This document shows positions 60,350-64,000 of a stretch of DNA of 64,000 bases, piece after piece. Both the position numbers and the translations under genes were made by a program. The stretch spans positions 124,001-188,000 of the forward strand of contig MU008206.1 of assembly GCA_010909165.1 (NCBI GenBank), in the 5' to 3' direction. Source of the DNA: Anthoceros angustus. Taxonomy: Eukaryota; Plantae; Anthocerotophyta. How positions within the stretch are numbered: position 1 is the first letter of the stretch; each line of letters begins with the position of its first letter. Below the pieces are notes generated by a model. That model saw only the letters and a program-made list of their open reading frames with translations. It did no database searches and was not told the origin of the DNA.

Positions 60350-60724
60350 ATGGCCGATCCTCAGGACGGGCAGATGCGGCCTGGATGGCGCCATCGCCAA
60401 ATACAACATGGTGCGCAAGAGAACGCAGTGAGAAGAACTACTGCTGATCTTCACCATCAGGCGCCTGCCCCTCCGCTGAGGACTCCACACAATCTCCCAA
60501 ATGTGCAACCTGCCATTGTTGGTAACGGCAATCCTCGGGGTTTCCTAACCACAAACGTAGCACCACATACCAGCATCACACATTTAAGTTCTAGACTAGA
60601 ATCACAACAGCGACATGTAGACAGACGTTTTGAAAACATAAGTCGAAAGCTTGCTGCTTCGAGGACTTACAATCGTTCTTTGGATCAGTTAGTCACTTGG
60701 ATTTCAAATTGCTTGCTTTGTTGA
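60350..60724 (+). other. Sense ORF (124 aa) in the leader of copia element 2, upstream of gag
   Basis: ATG-initiated (MADPQ...), contains heptad-like ITHLSSRLESQQRHVDRRFENISRKL; function unknown. Confidence 0.5.
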
Positions 60725-61105
60725 GGCCTGCTCTTCTTGCTAACCCTGCAATCAGAGGGACAGCTTGTAAGCATGCTACAAAAACTAACAAGCATCACAA
60801 ATTTGAGAATCCAAACTCGTGTCCATCCTGCATGACCTATTCCTTTAATCGCTGGGAGATTAGGAAACACAACATTAAGGGAAAAGGTAGATAGGGAGTT
60901 GGTCAATTTGCACAGGGCTGACCAACGTACTGAACCCATCTTACCTCTGTAAAACTGGCTGCATTTGCAGCCCATCCCCTGATGCACGTGTAGCATCATA
61001 ACTCTTCTCTGAATCCTCACACCTGTTAGCCTGCACAGGTCACACAGGTGCATTAGAAATTCATCCATAAAATCCTCACTGTGAGGGGGACTAACGGTCC
61101 TAAAC

Positions 61106-64000
61106 ATGGGTGACTCTAATTTAGCTGGGGAGGGATTCAAAGAGAAGGATAGATTCGCGGGGGCAGATTATGACATCTGGGTACTTAGAATGCGTGGTGC
61201 CCTTCAAAACAAGCGATTGTGGCCACAGGTTCATGGGACGTCAAAGTCTCCTGTAATCGTGGCACCCCTCACCGATCAAGGCACTTGATGCTTGGACCAC
61301 AAAGGACGAAGTGCAGTTCCTCCTACGGAGTGGTCATCGTGACATGTTGAGACAGACCTCAGTTGCAAAACCTCACCGATATTTGGGCCGCTCCAAAGTC
61401 TATTCTTGGGCCGATGACACAAGTCAAATGACGACGCAACATACAAAACTTGAAGATGAAAGAAGGAGAATCCATTGAAAACACGACTACCTTGGATCCC
61501 TAGTCTCCAAGTTTGAAAGTCTTGCCGCAGGATAGTGTGAAGGACCAGCTCTCATTCGCATTTCATGATGTCACTCCCTGAATCTTGGGCACATTTCGTG
61601 ACCTCATTCAACACCTCGCAACTACAAGGGCGGAAGATTGCCCAGGCTGCAGGTGTTGATCTCCCCAAAACAACATTTGCAGAATTAGTGGGAGCCCTTC
61701 TTCAGGAAGAAGTCACAAGAGGACAATTCAAACGTTCTGGTAAACAGCAAGCTTTGTACACCAACAACAAAGGAAAGGGCAAGAAGCCCAACTTCAGAGG
61801 TAGACAAAATACCTCAGGTGCTAGTAGCTCGCAAGGAGCCTCTACACCGAAGAAGCCCAAGAAGGCTGGAAAGTGCCACTGGTGCCAAATTCCAGGCCAT
61901 TGGGAGTCCGAGTGTCGAAGAAGCGGTCGAGTACCTCGCAAGGAGGGCAACTCCACTTCTCGAGACACATGTTGTGGTGACTAAACAAGGCTCTTGACCC
62001 TCTTGTAGGGACCAGGAGTTTTCCTACCCTCTTGCTAACCCACATGCTTGTCTCGCAAATACTCAAGGCAAACCCATACAGAGTGGTTCCTTGATACAGT
62101 GCACAAGGCATCTGTTTTGACAGTTCATTCGTCACATACAGGTTAGTTCACAACAGATTTGTTTACCTAGGTGACGATAGTAGGCTTGCGTGCCCTGGTG
62201 TTGGCACCGTCAAGCTACCTGTCCCTTCAGGCATCACACTCTTGCTTACAGATGTGTATCATGTGCCTGAAATGACAAGAAACTTGATTTCTGTTAGAAG
62301 GTTGAACATGGATAATCAAAGTCACATCCTCTTCACTCCGACAGAATGTAGGATTATAGATGCTTTTGATCATCGCAAAATCCTAGCCTATGGATCATCT
62401 GACCATGATCTCTTTAGACTGCACACTCACACCAGTCATGCCAAGGCTAGCCTAGCTTCAAGGTCGCCTGAGACAGCTGCAAAGCAAGAAGAACAAGCTA
62501 GGTTATGGCATGCACGCTTAGGTCACCCTCACAGCGCAAAGTTGCAAAAACTAGCTGCTAGTGACCTGTACAGTGATGGTAAAATTGGCAGTTTGCCATC
62601 CTTACCTCTCTGTGAAGCCTGTGCTGTCCAAACGTCATCAAGCAGCCTTCAAGAACAAGACTCCTCACAGAGCTTCAGAAGTGCTTGAACTTGTGCACAC
62701 TGACATATGTGGGCCACTCTCGCAGCCCTCAATCGGTGGTGGCCGATACTTCCTTACATTCACAGACGACAAGACGAGATTTGTCATGGCTTACATCTTG
62801 AAAGCTAAAAGTGAATGCTTCTCTCTGTTCAAAGACTACATGAAACTTGCAGAGAGATGGACAGAAAATCAGAAAGTCCTACGTTCGAGACAATGGTGGA
62901 GAATTCACATCTAATGAATTCCGACCTCGCAGGGCGAAGGATAGGCGGACAACTTACAGTTGTGTATACGCCGCAACAGAATGGCGTTGCCGAGCGCTTG
63001 AACTTGACACTGCAGGAGATGGTCTCCTCTATGCTTCACCAAGCCTCTTTGCCACTATCCTACTGGGCTGAAGCCCTTATGACAGCTGTGTATTTACGTA
63101 ACAGACTGCCTACAACTGCCGTGATTGGACAGACCCCCTTTGAAGCTTTCTATGGGCGCAAGCCAGCTATCCAACATCTTCGCACTTTCGGATGCATCGC
63201 TTTTGCTTTCATCCCTAAGGCCAAGCGAACCAAGTTAGCTGCTAAGGCCAAGAAGTACCTCATGATAGGATACCAAGGTATAAAAGCTTATAAGTTGTAT
63301 GACGTACCTCAGAACAAGGTGGTCTATGCACGGAGCGTGACCTTTGATGAAGGTCGAACTTGGCAGCAAGTGGGAGCTACTCCCACACAGGAGGACTTTG
63401 ATCTTTCTACCTTGCCTGACGTCACTGTTTTCGATGATTCTGCTCTTGCGGAGATTGCTCTGCAGGGAAGAACAACAAAATGATGCTCGAGCAAGGAGAT
63501 GAACCGAAAATTTTCGAACATTTGCGGAACCTCCTCCGATTGCGAACTGAACCGGTGACCTTTTACGATCCACGGACCCGATCCAGACATTGACGAGGAT
63601 GAGGCTGAAGATGCTCATCTTCTTGACAGTGATGCCGAGGTTGAACCTGAGATTCAACCCTTGCCTGAAGCTCCACCACAACCTGAGCGCCGTTATCCTG
63701 CAAGAGATAGACGGGCACCAGATTATTATCAGTCACAGGACTTTAGAAAACCAACAGCTAATGCAGCCACTTCCCTGGATCCTATCGAACCTCAATCCTA
63801 CGAAGAAGCTCTTAGCCGTCCTGATGCTGCAGAGTGGAAAAAGGCAATTCAATTAGAATATGATTCGCTAATAAAAAATGGAACATGGGAACTAGCTAAG
63901 TTACCTCCACGGGCGTAAGGTGGTGTCTTGCAAGTGGGTCTTCAAACTCAAGGTAAAGGCTGATGGGAGTTTTGATAGGTACAAAGCACGACTAGTAGCT
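61106..64000 (+). pseudogene. gag-pol of copia element 2, multiple frameshifts
   Basis: Domain fragments alternate between frames: 61106-61288, 61565-61984, 62242-62688, 62561-62914, 62815-63483, 63661-63918. Confidence 0.9.

Larger units (their letters stand above)
59760..64000 (+). mobile_element. Ty1/copia element 2 (5' LTR, PBS, 1.1 kb leader, gag-PR-INT-start of RT), continues beyond the right edge
   Basis: gag DRFAGADYDIWVLRM; zinc knuckle CHWCQIPGHWESEC; LWHARLGH; ELVHTDICGP; YTPQQNGVAER; PQSYEEAL...AEWKKAIQLEYDSLIKNGTWEL; CKWVFKLK. Confidence 0.95.

Overview
Eukaryotic (land-plant) nuclear DNA; short introns, dense genes and a PPR protein with a DYW:KP deaminase domain suggest a hornwort, fern or lycophyte (inference, not proven). 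From left to right: a frameshifted Ty1/copia element on the minus strand (5' LTR 5560-5754, iMet PBS, ~1.9 kb leader) nested in a Gypsy remnant; plastid dihydrolipoyl dehydrogenase; a CACTA remnant and simple repeats; VPS50/syndetin convergent with the RING E3 ligase SIS3 (which has a U12-type intron); an unidentified degenerate ORF; a plastid-type GNAT acetyltransferase; a TE-rich block (34-40.5 kb) with a hAT-like MITE and tandem LTR-like units; a compact seven-gene island (DUF1644-like, FHA, DPM1, 3-beta-HSD/SDR42E-like, SVR1 pseudouridine synthase, RBL13 rhomboid, PPR-DYW:KP); TE remnants; and a second copia element on the plus strand running off the right edge. Most notable: the PLS-E1-E2-DYW:KP protein ending in DRH (candidate U-to-C RNA editing factor), and long leaders in both copia elements that carry sense ORFs upstream of gag. 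Exon boundaries were read by eye and are approximate unless stated; all family assignments come from remembered motifs, not database searches.
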